Shown here: positions 42,337 through 52,880 of the stretch, piece by piece
How the letters are laid out: each line of letters starts with the position of its first letter
Numbering within the stretch: position 1 is the first letter of the stretch
NCBI GenBank assembly: GCA_029838195.1
Contig: JALGVJ010000010.1
Location: 49,772 to 113,771 of the forward strand
DNA: 64,000 nt
Reading direction: 5' to 3'
From: Promethearchaeota archaeon
Lineage (GTDB): Archaea > Asgardarchaeota > Lokiarchaeia > Sigyniarchaeales > SOKP01
Made by a program: the position numbers and the translations under genes
The notes under the pieces: model-generated
What the model was told of the DNA's origin: nothing
The model's database searches: none
Seen by the model: only the letters and a program-made list of their open reading frames with translations

Positions 42337-43617
42337 ATGCAAGAGCAATCATTTAAAATATTAATAATACTCACGTTAGTGTCCTCAACACTCTTCAGTA
42401 TTATTAATCCAATGGCTCGCGAGCTCACGGCAGCCTTGAATTTAGAAAGTGAAGAGAGAGTGATTTTTGTAAATTCAATATTTTTAATGGTAGCCGCTTT
42501 TAGTTCCTTAGCTTGGGCATTCTTGGGAGATAGATTTTCTCGTAAAAAACTCTTGCTTGCTGCCACTTTTTCATGGACTCTCTTTACCTTTCTTACCCTT
42601 TTTTCCACGGATTTTTATTCTTTTCTGACTTTTCAAGCTTGTACTGCTGTTGGATTTGGAGCTATCATCCCCTTAGTATTCTCTTTGACCATTGACCTCA
42701 TTCCTCCCGCAGAACGAGGCATGAAATTTGGATATTTGAGTGCAATATACGTGTTGGGAAATGGACTTGGGCAAATTCTTTCGGGAACTTTAATCGATTA
42801 CTACACGTGGCATGCTCCTCTCTTGATCATTTCTATTAGCGGTGTTTTTTGTCTTCTTTCATTATTTTTCTTAGAAGATCCTAAAAGAGAAGAAATAAAA
42901 GAACTTGATAAAAAAGCAGAGAATTCAGACGATTATTACTTTTATCACGTTAAACTGAATGATTTAAAAAAAATTTGGCAAAAAAAATCCATTTTTTGGA
43001 TCTTGCTTTTTAACTTTTGCATGTTTATTGGAATTGGAGCCATCTCCTCCTTTCTCATTTCCATGTTTAAAAAAGATTTTACCCTTCCCTCCTCCATTGC
43101 GACCTCCTTATTGATTGTTGTTTTTGGCACTCAAGTTCCTTCGGGGTTAATATTTGGGAAAATAGGTGATAAAAAATATGAAATGAAAAAAAGAGGAAGA
43201 ATCAACGTGGCTTTTACATGCCTATTAATGGGCTCTCTAAGCTATATTGCGGGATTTTCCATCGTTTTAATATCAAAACAAGCATTATATTTTTCCTTTT
43301 TTCTTGCTTTTCTTATCATGGGAGCATTTTTTTTTGGAGGGATTGATCCTCTAATTCAAGCAACATTAGGGGAAAGCACTCCTCCCCCCATTCGTTCCAC
43401 CGTATATTCTATTAATTATTTAACCACAACAACACTCGGAAGATCCCTTAGTTTACTTGTATTAGGTCGGTGTTATCTCTTTTTCAATTATCACTATGTA
43501 CCGGGTTATCTTTTACTCTCCCTAATTGCTTTCTGTTGCGCCTTGTTTTACTTACCTATATTGAAAAATCTCATTAACGACCTCCAGTGGAATAATAATA
43601 TAAAAAGTGAAAACTGA
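42337..43617 (+). CDS. MFS transporter
   Basis: LGDRFSRKK, GKIGDK, DLIPPAERG, 12 TM. Confidence 0.88.
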   Translation: MQEQSFKILIILTLVSSTLFSIINPMARELTAALNLESEERVIFVNSIFLMVAAFSSLAWAFLGDRFSRKKLLLAATFSWTLFTFLTLFSTDFYSFLTFQACTAVGFGAIIPLVFSLTIDLIPPAERGMKFGYLSAIYVLGNGLGQILSGTLIDYYTWHAPLLIISISGVFCLLSLFFLEDPKREEIKELDKKAENSDDYYFYHVKLNDLKKIWQKKSIFWILLFNFCMFIGIGAISSFLISMFKKDFTLPSSIATSLLIVVFGTQVPSGLIFGKIGDKKYEMKKRGRINVAFTCLLMGSLSYIAGFSIVLISKQALYFSFFLAFLIMGAFFFGGIDPLIQATLGESTPPPIRSTVYSINYLTTTTLGRSLSLLVLGRCYLFFNYHYVPGYLLLSLIAFCCALFYLPILKNLINDLQWNNNIKSEN

Positions 43618-43655
43618 TCAAGGCAAGCACTACAAAAAAATAAAGAAAAAAATTC

Positions 43656-44867
43656 TTAATTAATTATTTTTTTTGCTAATTCTTCTAATTCTTGCTCCGT
43701 GATAAATTGTCTTTGTTGAATCTCTTCTTGGATCTTTTCACGCAAGATTCTAATGTGGGTATCCGTGAAGGATAATCCCATTTTTGTTAACTTTGCTTTA
43801 ATCGCTCTCTCTTGTAAGGTAGTAGCCCCAAAAATTAATTTACGACTCTGACCCACGACGTGAGGCTGGAAAAGCTCCCAAAACGTCCAATTACCAATTA
43901 ATATTTGTTCTACATGTAAATCTGACTCGTGGATGAAACAATTTTTTCCAACAATCGCTTTATGAGGTTGCAGGGGCACGTTGCTGTATTTTTCAATGAG
44001 CCTTGAAACTTCCATGATCTTTTCCAATTTAATACCCGTATCAATTCCATATAAAATCTCAAGACTCATGATGACCTCCTCCGTGGCTGCATTTCCCGCT
44101 CGATCACCTAATCCATTAAATACGACATCTGCTACTTCTGCGCCTCCTTCTATTCCTGAAAGGGTATTAGCTACAGCTAACCCTAAATCATCATGCGCAT
44201 GAACTTCTATGGGGATGTTTTTCACGATTCTTTTTGTAAAAGCAACATATTCTCGAAAAGAAAGAGGAAACATGCATCCATTTCCATCATACACGACAAT
44301 CCTATCCACACCCGCCTCCATTGCCAATTTACAAAATTTCTCCCAATATCTTGGAATCACGCGCCCTGAACCAAAAGCCACGTGAGCTCCCATGGATTTA
44401 GCAAGTTCAATCCCCTCCGTAATCCTATTGAATACAGCTTCTTTAGACTTCAAGGCCGGACTTGGAACTAATAAGAAATTTACAGAATCTGCTTCTGCAG
44501 CCAAGATATCTTCTACTTCCTTTCTAATATCTTCAGCATATAAACGAGCATGGGAGGATAATCGCATGTTGATCCCTTCTTTTTTTAACGCTTTAAACGT
44601 TTTCGCGTGTTCTTCAATACCGGCTGCATATCCAACTTCGATTTCCGGAATTCCCATTTCTTCTAATAGTTTAGCAATTTCAATCTTTTGGTCAATAGTG
44701 AAATATGTTCCGGGAGTTTCTTCTCCTTCTCTCAATGTATCATCCTTAATGATAACTTTCTGCGGTAATTTCATTTTATTCCGAATGGATGTTTCAAAAT
44801 TATAATCAAAACTCCACCATCTCTGGTCCTTGTCCATTTTCATGGACGCCCAAGCATTAACCCACAT
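43656..44867 (-). CDS. Homocitrate/isopropylmalate synthase-like (DRE-TIM) enzyme lacking the regulatory domain
   Basis: DDTLREGEETPG, HAHDDLGLAVAN, NGLGDRAGNA, PHKAIVG. Confidence 0.85.
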   Translation of the reverse strand: MWVNAWASMKMDKDQRWWSFDYNFETSIRNKMKLPQKVIIKDDTLREGEETPGTYFTIDQKIEIAKLLEEMGIPEIEVGYAAGIEEHAKTFKALKKEGINMRLSSHARLYAEDIRKEVEDILAAEADSVNFLLVPSPALKSKEAVFNRITEGIELAKSMGAHVAFGSGRVIPRYWEKFCKLAMEAGVDRIVVYDGNGCMFPLSFREYVAFTKRIVKNIPIEVHAHDDLGLAVANTLSGIEGGAEVADVVFNGLGDRAGNAATEEVIMSLEILYGIDTGIKLEKIMEVSRLIEKYSNVPLQPHKAIVGKNCFIHESDLHVEQILIGNWTFWELFQPHVVGQSRKLIFGATTLQERAIKAKLTKMGLSFTDTHIRILREKIQEEIQQRQFITEQELEELAKKIIN

Positions 44868-45181
44868 TTATCGTCCCTTTTATTCAATTTATTTTAATTT
44901 TTACGGATAATTTATAACATGAAAAATTAACATGTTCATATAATTAATTTTTCGCTTGAGCATTGATAAAATTAACTCAGTTTCCAAATGAGCATGGAAA
45001 AAAGTTTCATTACATTTTAGGAAAATAATAATTCTAAACAACAAATATATATCAATCGCATTGAATTATTGATAATTTGGTTCCGGCCAATTAAGCAGTT
45101 AGGAGAAGAAATAGAATGGTAGCAAGTAATTTCATCATATGAATGAAAAGCTCCGGTAATGAAATTAACCTTTTAATTTAA

Positions 45182-46399
45182 TTAAATAAACACTTCAGGA
45201 ATTGTTTGGTCGTTTTCGAATACGGATTTAATTTTTTTCATCATTTCAGGAATATTTATTTGCTGAGGGCATTTTTCCAAACATTCTAAGCATTCAATAC
45301 ACAAACTTGCAGCGCCTTCATACTCATCACCTTGGATTTTCCTGTTTTCAAGCTCTTGAGGTGTTTTTACCATTCTTTCATAAAGATTAGCTATTTTTTT
45401 TCGATGTTTTTCTCCCCAATATGCAAGCTCATTTACAATATTAAAATTCGTTGGAATTGACACACCATTTGGACACGGAAGGCAATATTGGCAATTTGTG
45501 CACGGTATGATTTCGAGCTTTCGATAAGCGGCTCTTAAATCTGCTATGACTTTAAGTTCTTCTTCCGATAAATGATTAATTCCGGAATTCTCAGCGGATT
45601 TTACATTTTCGATCACGTGTTGCATGGAACTCATTCCACTCAATACAACGGAAACTTCGGGATGGCTCCAAACGAACTGCAAGGCCCAATCTGCTAATGT
45701 TCTTTTGATTGGAGCGTTATCAAGGACGTTTTTAATCTCCGGTTTTGAATCTAATAAATGTTGAGGAATGGCCAACTTACCTCCACGTATTGGCTCCATG
45801 ATTATTAAAGCTACTTTTTTCTCCCCGGCATATCGAACACCTCTCGTTCCCGCTTGATAATTAATGTCAAGATAATTATATTGGATTTGACAGCAATCCC
45901 AAGCATGATAATCCAAAATCTCCTTGAATACATCAAAATTATCATGAAAAGAAAATCCAATATACTTAAATAATCCTTTTTCCCTTGCTTTTTCCATCTG
46001 TTCAATTAAATCAAGGTTTTTTACCACCTCAAAACGAAATTGATTCATTCCATGAAAAAGATAAATATCGGGAGTCGTTTGTAATCTTTTAATTTGTCGA
46101 TTTAGATACCGATCAAAATGATTCGCTTTTTTTATCATCCAAACGGGTGATTTCGTGGCTAAATAGACCTTTTCTCGGTATCCATCTTGCAGCGCTTTCC
46201 CGACAATTGTTTCACTTTTTCCCCCGTGATAAGGATAAGCCGTATCAATATAATTCACGCCGTTATCAATCGCATGTCTTATCATGCGAATCGCCTCTTC
46301 TTCCATGATTCTACTCTGCTCATCCAAGGGTAATCTCATGGCTCCAAAACCCAAAACCGATACTTGAAAATCCAGAGAACCAAATTTTCGATATTTCAC
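45182..46399 (-). CDS. Aldo/keto reductase with C-terminal 4Fe-4S dicluster
   Basis: LGFGAMRLP, YIDTAYPYH, MEPIRGG, CTNCQYCLPCP, CIECLECLEKCP. Confidence 0.92.
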   Translation of the reverse strand: MKYRKFGSLDFQVSVLGFGAMRLPLDEQSRIMEEEAIRMIRHAIDNGVNYIDTAYPYHGGKSETIVGKALQDGYREKVYLATKSPVWMIKKANHFDRYLNRQIKRLQTTPDIYLFHGMNQFRFEVVKNLDLIEQMEKAREKGLFKYIGFSFHDNFDVFKEILDYHAWDCCQIQYNYLDINYQAGTRGVRYAGEKKVALIIMEPIRGGKLAIPQHLLDSKPEIKNVLDNAPIKRTLADWALQFVWSHPEVSVVLSGMSSMQHVIENVKSAENSGINHLSEEELKVIADLRAAYRKLEIIPCTNCQYCLPCPNGVSIPTNFNIVNELAYWGEKHRKKIANLYERMVKTPQELENRKIQGDEYEGAASLCIECLECLEKCPQQINIPEMMKKIKSVFENDQTIPEVFI

Positions 46400-46608
46400 T
46401 CCTTTTAACCTCTCTTATTTATCTACTCTTGATTTTTAAAACAATATTTCAAATTATAAATAAATTCTAATTAATTTTTATAAAAATTTTAACATCTCTT
46501 AAAGCATCGGAAACGGAATTGTTCTTGAAAATAATGTGTATTAACATTAAACCGAAAGCTTGATTTTTTTCTCAATAAAAAATATAGAGCAGAAAGCCCC
46601 TCATATTT

Positions 46609-47676
46609 TTATCTGAGAATTACCATTTCATGAAAAGTAGCTCCTTCCTCTTCATGACTTTTATTCTCAATGTTCAATTGCATTTTAAATTGTGAAAAAA
46701 ATCGGAAATAACACGGATTCAATTTCAAAATATTTTTTGCAATGAATCTGACCACGGGATTTAGTTCAAAGAGAAGATTATCGGAATCAATAATTTGTTG
46801 AACGTTCAATTCAACTCGATTGTTTTCATGTATTTGAAAGATGAGCTTATTCGGATACGTGCTTTTTATTTTTTCATTAAATCGAAAATCTTCTTGGACT
46901 AATTCGTATTCTCCCGTGCTTTCAAGGATTTCGCCATCCTTGGCTAACATGAGCACTTTTATCGGATAATTCCCCCATTTTTTATTGCATTTAATGAACG
47001 CATAAATCAAGGTGAAATTATCAGAGTACATGCGGCCCCACATCCAATAGTCAATGATCTTAATTGGATTAAAATCAAGCCAATTGTGATCATGATACCC
47101 CATTCCTTTCACGTTCATCTCCTTGCCATCAATTTTTATCTTGCCTTGAACTGTAGCGAGGGGTAGAGGGATGACCCAACCAAAGACGCCTAAGTTTCCA
47201 AATCTCGTGTATCCCTTACCCGGCATCCAGCTTGGAACCGTGGCGGTATAATTTAAATGGACGCCATGCTCTCCCTCATCTAAATAAATTTCATAGGAGG
47301 GAAATTTTTCATTAGAATAATCCACGTGAATGTAATTCTTTCCAATTTTTACTTCGGCTTGCTGAAGCGAGGCCGTGAAATCAGAACGTTTATAATTATA
47401 TATTTTTTGAATCTTTTCATGAGTTGGCTTATAGATAACAAGTTCCACTCCCGTTTTTCCCGTCCTTTCATGTTTTGCCCTAAAAAATACCACTACGGTA
47501 TATCCATTATCCAAGCGGGCGTCAAAATACCACCATTCAATATTTCCCCGCTTGTTCATGTCAATGTGCAGGGCATCATGTTCCGGCTTAAAGGGCGTGA
47601 TCGTGCCATCTTTCTTTCCAGGTCCCGTCCAGCCTTCGAGAATCTTCCTTGAATTTTTCCTTTCATCGTACATCAT
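46609..47676 (-). CDS. CrtC-like (hydroxyneurosporene synthase / AttH-lipocalin fold) hydratase-like protein
   Basis: EWWYFDA and GYHDHNW motifs, WMWGR. Confidence 0.75.
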   Translation of the reverse strand: MMYDERKNSRKILEGWTGPGKKDGTITPFKPEHDALHIDMNKRGNIEWWYFDARLDNGYTVVVFFRAKHERTGKTGVELVIYKPTHEKIQKIYNYKRSDFTASLQQAEVKIGKNYIHVDYSNEKFPSYEIYLDEGEHGVHLNYTATVPSWMPGKGYTRFGNLGVFGWVIPLPLATVQGKIKIDGKEMNVKGMGYHDHNWLDFNPIKIIDYWMWGRMYSDNFTLIYAFIKCNKKWGNYPIKVLMLAKDGEILESTGEYELVQEDFRFNEKIKSTYPNKLIFQIHENNRVELNVQQIIDSDNLLFELNPVVRFIAKNILKLNPCYFRFFSQFKMQLNIENKSHEEEGATFHEMVILR

Positions 47677-47776
47677 GCAAATTCCTCCTTCCTTTTATTT
47701 CCTTCCCTTTTATATTCATTATCTTGATCACCAAGAATAATTAAAAATTTTAATGAGCTATGAGAATATTTAAATA

Positions 47777-48181
47777 TTAACTTAATAATTTAAATACTTT
47801 TAATAACGTCAACAACTTTCTGAGTCCTCTCATTTTAATCTTGCCCGCCATCCAGTTCCTCATCACTCCAAGAAGAGAAAGCCTATTCATGGCTAACATC
47901 AAAAATAGCTCGGAATTCATCTCTAAAAACGCATCCCAACCAATTAAGTTCCGATCTAAATTGCCTGGAGGCTTGTTCTTCACACTTTTTATCCCAATCT
48001 CGCCTTTATTAATAATAATCAATGCTGCATGATCTAAATTTGAGGCGTTCAGTAGAATCTTTAATGAAATGCTTGAAAATTTTTCTTTAAAAACGGGATT
48101 AGAATTTAGGGGTAGTAAAGCATTTTTAATAATGCCCGCAAACCCGCGAGCTTCCTCATTAATGATCGTGGAAGTATTCAT
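47777..48181 (-). CDS. SCP2 sterol-carrier-like protein
   Basis: C-terminal WMAGKIKMRG..KL pattern of the SCP2 fold. Confidence 0.6.
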   Translation of the reverse strand: MNTSTIINEEARGFAGIIKNALLPLNSNPVFKEKFSSISLKILLNASNLDHAALIIINKGEIGIKSVKNKPPGNLDRNLIGWDAFLEMNSELFLMLAMNRLSLLGVMRNWMAGKIKMRGLRKLLTLLKVFKLLS

Positions 48182-48193
48182 CTTACTTTACCC

Positions 48194-49774
48194 TCACTCG
48201 TGTTTATTTTCTCGTGGTTTCGCAGAAATGTAAAATCCCGGATCTGACACGCCATTCGGGTCGAACTCTGCCTTTATTTTTCTTAACCAGATGTGATAAT
48301 TCATCATGTGAGGGCCCCATTCATCATGTAACTTATCACCTTCAATAAAAAATGGAGCTCCCAGCTTCTTCAAGAGGTCCATTTGATTACTCTCTTCCAT
48401 GTATTCTGCCATCCCTTTCACGCTCTCCTCATTCGTTTGATCAAACATCGTGGGTGCCTCCATGTGAAAATAATGCCCTCCTTCATAACTCGTCATCCAT
48501 GCACCTTCCCCAAAATCGTTGGCAAGAACTCCTTTCTCAATATATTTCTTTTTTAAAGGAATGTTTAATCGCTCCGCCCGCAAACAAGTAGCTGCCGTAT
48601 CGCATTGCCCTTTTGAAGATTGAAAGCCCCCTGTCGCAATGAATCCATGATATCCTAAATTCGCACGCAAGCATTCTGCATAAAAGATCGATTCAGGCTC
48701 GTATTTCGTGTCAATTATATTAGTTAAATTCAATTCTTCGAGAACATATTCCATTACTTTTTGTTTATATTCAAATTCTCGTTTCGTACGAGCTGTAATG
48801 ACGACTAATAAAGGACATTTCATGGTGCCAAGCGCCATTTTGTCCATTAAATCTTCTATGTTGTGGGAAAATATCGCCATGACTGCAAAACTTGATAAAT
48901 GAGAACATATGAACGCAATCTCCTCCTCTTCCACCCTTAACATCGCTTTTTCTAAGTGCTTGAAAGTTCCACAATCCATGACATATGCCCGAATATAATC
49001 CGGAATTTCAAATTCATATTTCGGCCCATGCCCTTTTAATTCATATTTCGTATCACACGGATAGGGAAATAACTTGATAGCAACTTTCGTGAAAATTCCA
49101 AGCCCCGATTTCGCGCCTACCCACCCACGCATGATACCCCGCAAGCTGGGACCTGGTCCATCGCCAGAAAACCAGTCTGCTTCATTTTTTAATCCCAAGG
49201 AACCCAAGCGTAGAATATCTCCCGTTGGTAATACCCATTCCGTTGCCAACACGTTCCGGGCGCTATGGCCGGTTGTAGGTGAAGTAAATCCGGGACCTGC
49301 CATGCTCGTGTGGCTCGCAAGCGGGCTTGCCATCGAGCCAGCACCCGGCATATGGAGAGTCAATCCAAATTTCATGACTTCTGCTTGTAATTGGGCTCCA
49401 CTCACGTATGGTTCAATCACGGCAAACAAGTTTTTTACATTGATCTTTACAATTTTATTCATCCTACGTAAATCTATTATGATAGAATTGCCCGTGCTTG
49501 GTTGATTCCACGGACCAAGTCCCGTACTCTGCGCTTTAAATACAAGATTATATTTATTGCATGCCTGAACGATTTTTTGTACCTCCCTCGTTGTAGAGGG
49601 CAGGATGACCGCTTTTGGCACGGCTGAGAAGGGAATAGGCTCTTTACCATCCATGTAGTTCACGAATTCCGTACACCAATTATAGGCATATACGTTCGTA
49701 ATCACTTCTCCATCATTCACGTTTTCCTTTCCCACGATTGCTTGAAATTCTTCGAGTATTTTTTGTTCTAACAC
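48194..49774 (-). CDS. FAD-linked oxidase (VAO/PCMH family)
   Basis: VILPSTTREVQ, IDLRRMNKI, EWVLPTGDILRLG, GLGIFTK, KIKAEFDPNG. Confidence 0.88.
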   Translation of the reverse strand: MLEQKILEEFQAIVGKENVNDGEVITNVYAYNWCTEFVNYMDGKEPIPFSAVPKAVILPSTTREVQKIVQACNKYNLVFKAQSTGLGPWNQPSTGNSIIIDLRRMNKIVKINVKNLFAVIEPYVSGAQLQAEVMKFGLTLHMPGAGSMASPLASHTSMAGPGFTSPTTGHSARNVLATEWVLPTGDILRLGSLGLKNEADWFSGDGPGPSLRGIMRGWVGAKSGLGIFTKVAIKLFPYPCDTKYELKGHGPKYEFEIPDYIRAYVMDCGTFKHLEKAMLRVEEEEIAFICSHLSSFAVMAIFSHNIEDLMDKMALGTMKCPLLVVITARTKREFEYKQKVMEYVLEELNLTNIIDTKYEPESIFYAECLRANLGYHGFIATGGFQSSKGQCDTAATCLRAERLNIPLKKKYIEKGVLANDFGEGAWMTSYEGGHYFHMEAPTMFDQTNEESVKGMAEYMEESNQMDLLKKLGAPFFIEGDKLHDEWGPHMMNYHIWLRKIKAEFDPNGVSDPGFYISAKPRENKHE

Positions 49775-49777
49775 GAT

Positions 49778-51106
49778 TCATTTCACCTCTCTAAGAATAA
49801 ATCTCAATTTTTCCGGAGCTAATCCTAATGCCATGAGGATGATTTCACTAATATCAAAAAACTTTAATTTTGAGCCTTTTTCCTTGATTGCATCTTGGAG
49901 ATTCGTGGAGCAAAAGGGACAAGCAGAAATAAGGATATTTGCTCCGGTATCCTCTGCCTCTTCAATTCTCATGAATGCTGTTTTAAGCGCCATCTCCGGG
50001 AATGCAGCCTTCACACCTCCTCCTGCCCCACAACAATAAGCGTATTCCTTTATTCTTTCCATCTCTATCAGTTGTAATCCTGGAATTTTTTCGAGGATTT
50101 TTCTCGGAGCTTCGTATATTCCGTTCGCACCCATACGTTTTGGCTTTGGAGGCACGTTAATATTTACCAACGTCATGATCGGAACGGTATCGCCATTCCA
50201 TTCTTCATATCTCTCGGCATTTCTCCCTAAATGGCATGGGTCATGATAGGTTGCGCGGAAGGGAAGATTTTGAGTAAATTTTAACCGCCCTTTCTCAATT
50301 AATTCCTGGAAAAGCTCAACTGAATGTCTTGTTTTAATATCGTACTCTCGAAATAAGGGATAATCCACCGTGAATGTATCATAACACCCGGCACAACTAA
50401 ATATTACGGTTTCAATTCCCTTGGATTCCAATACATCTAAATTCTTGTTCAAATATTCTTGAAAGGCTTTAACATTTCCCGTCCTTAAAACAGGACTTCC
50501 ACAACAAAATTCTTCCTCCCTTAAAATGGTGAAAGGAATCCGGGCGGCCTTTAAAATTCTGGCCGTAGACACGGCAATTTCTTTCCTTCGATAAGAAGAT
50601 GTACAACCCACGAAATACACCGTTTTAGCATCCGGATCAAGAGAAATATCGTCAGGCAACCAATCAACGCGCGCTTCGTGAGGCTCATTATAGGGATTAT
50701 GGAGTTTTTCAATGGACTCCGTGTATTTCACGTGTTGCGGCATGGGTCCGACGCCCGCAGCTACTAATTTCTCTCTTAAAGTCATTATAATTTCCAATGG
50801 CTCTAATGTGTTGAGATATTTACAGGAAATCGCACAATTGCCACATTCCGTACACTTATATACGATATCCCTCACTTCTTCTGAGGGTATAAGGCGTCCC
50901 ATTTCAAGAGCTAAGGCAAGAATGATTTTTCCTCCCCCGCTGTAAGGATGAAAATTATAAACATCAATGGCCGGACATGCGGAGGCGTATTTTTGACTTT
51001 TTATTTGAACTTGGGGAATCCATTTACAAATGCTGCATCGAAGGCAGCGCTTAATCATCTTTTTATATTCTATCTCATCCATCCTCCATCCTTCTCTTTT
51101 CCTCAA
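49778..51106 (-). CDS. Fe-S/CCG-domain oxidoreductase (HdrD/GlcF-like)
   Basis: CLRCSIC, CTECGNCAISC, FVGC, CCG, HDPCHLGR, CCGAGGG, ACPFC. Confidence 0.9.
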   Translation of the reverse strand: MRKREGWRMDEIEYKKMIKRCLRCSICKWIPQVQIKSQKYASACPAIDVYNFHPYSGGGKIILALALEMGRLIPSEEVRDIVYKCTECGNCAISCKYLNTLEPLEIIMTLREKLVAAGVGPMPQHVKYTESIEKLHNPYNEPHEARVDWLPDDISLDPDAKTVYFVGCTSSYRRKEIAVSTARILKAARIPFTILREEEFCCGSPVLRTGNVKAFQEYLNKNLDVLESKGIETVIFSCAGCYDTFTVDYPLFREYDIKTRHSVELFQELIEKGRLKFTQNLPFRATYHDPCHLGRNAERYEEWNGDTVPIMTLVNINVPPKPKRMGANGIYEAPRKILEKIPGLQLIEMERIKEYAYCCGAGGGVKAAFPEMALKTAFMRIEEAEDTGANILISACPFCSTNLQDAIKEKGSKLKFFDISEIILMALGLAPEKLRFILREVK

Positions 51107-51115
51107 GAATCTTGA

Positions 51116-52585
51116 TTAATCATCAAAGCATAACACTCCTGGGTTCAATACATTATTAGGATCGAAAATATTTTTAACTTTCTTCAAAGCTCTAATGGTT
51201 TCTTCCGAATAATTTTCGAATATCATTTTAGCCAAGAGACCATGAGGCCTGTTGAAAAAAGCCCCTTGTTTTATTAACTGCTGACCGATAGTTAAAAAGA
51301 GTTGTTTCACTCTTGAAAGCTTGTTCCCCTCCATGGGGTCATGAAACAGGTCAAACTCACAATGATAGGCGGTTCCTTGGTTAATTGCTTGAATGTAGGT
51401 TCCCACTTCTACCTCTTGTCCCACGAGTTTTTCCACTAATTCCACGTGTTCCGGCAGTTTTTCAAACAGGGTGAGAAAGTAAATATCTTGAAAGCTTCCC
51501 TTATAGCGTGCCCTCCACGGAAGAGGAGTAGATTCACTCGTGCAATGAATGATTTCTTTTTCTTCGATTAAATCCTCGCATTTTACATTTTTTAAGTCTA
51601 GGTCCTGCATTAAATCCGTGATATCTCCTTCCAGATAAGCTAATCTATCATCCGCTAATCCGCCTCTACCCGAAATGATGTAGATTAAATTCCATTTTCC
51701 CAATATATCAGCTAATTCCTTGATTTCTTGCGGTTCTTTTTTCACTAAGGAAGCAAGTGCCAAATCGTTTAAAATGAAAATCTCATTACACAAGCGATAT
51801 TTAATTAATTCTTGCTGCAATGCAAGTAAAGAGTGTAAATCTTCTGAATGATAATGAAACACTTTTTGTTTGGAGGGAATTAGCTCTAACTTCATGGTTG
51901 CCCACATTACTATTCCCATGCTTCCTTGTGCCCCTTGAAGGATTCGAAACGGTGAAAAATGCGTCGGACCCATGGGATTTACTTGGGCTTGCCCTCCTTT
52001 CCACTGTTCTTTAATTGTTCCGGGACCCGCAGCCGTTCCCGTTCGAAAAAGATCGCCCGTACCAAAAATTACTTCCGTACATAAAAGCGGGTCAGACGAA
52101 TCCCATTGATAGCGTGGAATGGTAATAGGAACCCGGTCTAAGGCAGCAGTCACTACGGATTTATTATCTCTGGGATGCAAGGGCAACAAGAGTTGCAAGC
52201 CTTTTTCTTTCAGAATGGGAATTAATTGCTTGAATGTTACTCCCGGTTCAATCATGACCACGCGGTTTTTCTTGTCAATTTTAATGACTTTTTTGAAGTT
52301 AGAAAGATCTAATATAAGCGTGTTCTCTTTTCTCGGAAGGGTATCTCCATGAAGTCTATTAGTTAACCTCGAACTGATGGGAATCACGTGATATTTAAAA
52401 TCATTAGCTAATTGGAGGATCTTCTCAATTTGTTTCTTATTTGATGGCCAAACCACGTGACTAGGAGAAACTCCTTCCACGAAACTCGAATCAGAAGCAT
52501 GAATCATTAATAAGGAATTGGCCGTGCTCACGCGCTTCTTACCACACGTGGCTATTAATTGTTCATGAAATTCTTGAACCCTCAT
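51116..52585 (-). CDS. FAD-linked oxidase (VAO/PCMH family), second subunit/paralogue
   Basis: VVWPS, LDLSNFKKVI, IEPGVTF, GAQGSMGIV, FDPNNVLNPG. Confidence 0.88.
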   Translation of the reverse strand: MRVQEFHEQLIATCGKKRVSTANSLLMIHASDSSFVEGVSPSHVVWPSNKKQIEKILQLANDFKYHVIPISSRLTNRLHGDTLPRKENTLILDLSNFKKVIKIDKKNRVVMIEPGVTFKQLIPILKEKGLQLLLPLHPRDNKSVVTAALDRVPITIPRYQWDSSDPLLCTEVIFGTGDLFRTGTAAGPGTIKEQWKGGQAQVNPMGPTHFSPFRILQGAQGSMGIVMWATMKLELIPSKQKVFHYHSEDLHSLLALQQELIKYRLCNEIFILNDLALASLVKKEPQEIKELADILGKWNLIYIISGRGGLADDRLAYLEGDITDLMQDLDLKNVKCEDLIEEKEIIHCTSESTPLPWRARYKGSFQDIYFLTLFEKLPEHVELVEKLVGQEVEVGTYIQAINQGTAYHCEFDLFHDPMEGNKLSRVKQLFLTIGQQLIKQGAFFNRPHGLLAKMIFENYSEETIRALKKVKNIFDPNNVLNPGVLCFDD

Positions 52586-52647
52586 GGCATGATCCCAATT
52601 GAAATATTACTATAAAATGGTGGGGGCTTAAAAAACCCATTATATTA

Positions 52648-52790
52648 AAATAAGTGCCGCTTATTTATTAATTTAAATAGTTGTTGTTTTCCCCTTGTTA
52701 AAAAATACTAAGACTCTCCACGCGAGCTATAAAAAATTCTTGGTAAGTCAAAAAATTTTAAAGAGAGATCCATCTCATCTTCAATGAGAT
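52648..52790. promoter_or_regulatory. Two 7-5-7 palindromes in the divergent promoter region
   Basis: aaataag-tgccg-cttattt (52648-52666) and atctcat-cttca-atgagat (52772-52790). Confidence 0.35.
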
Positions 52791-52880
52791 CAATTTTGAT
52801 AACATTTTTTATAGAGAAACCCAAATATTCATTTAAGAAATCTATTCACGATAAAAAATAGTTAACATGAAAATAGAATC

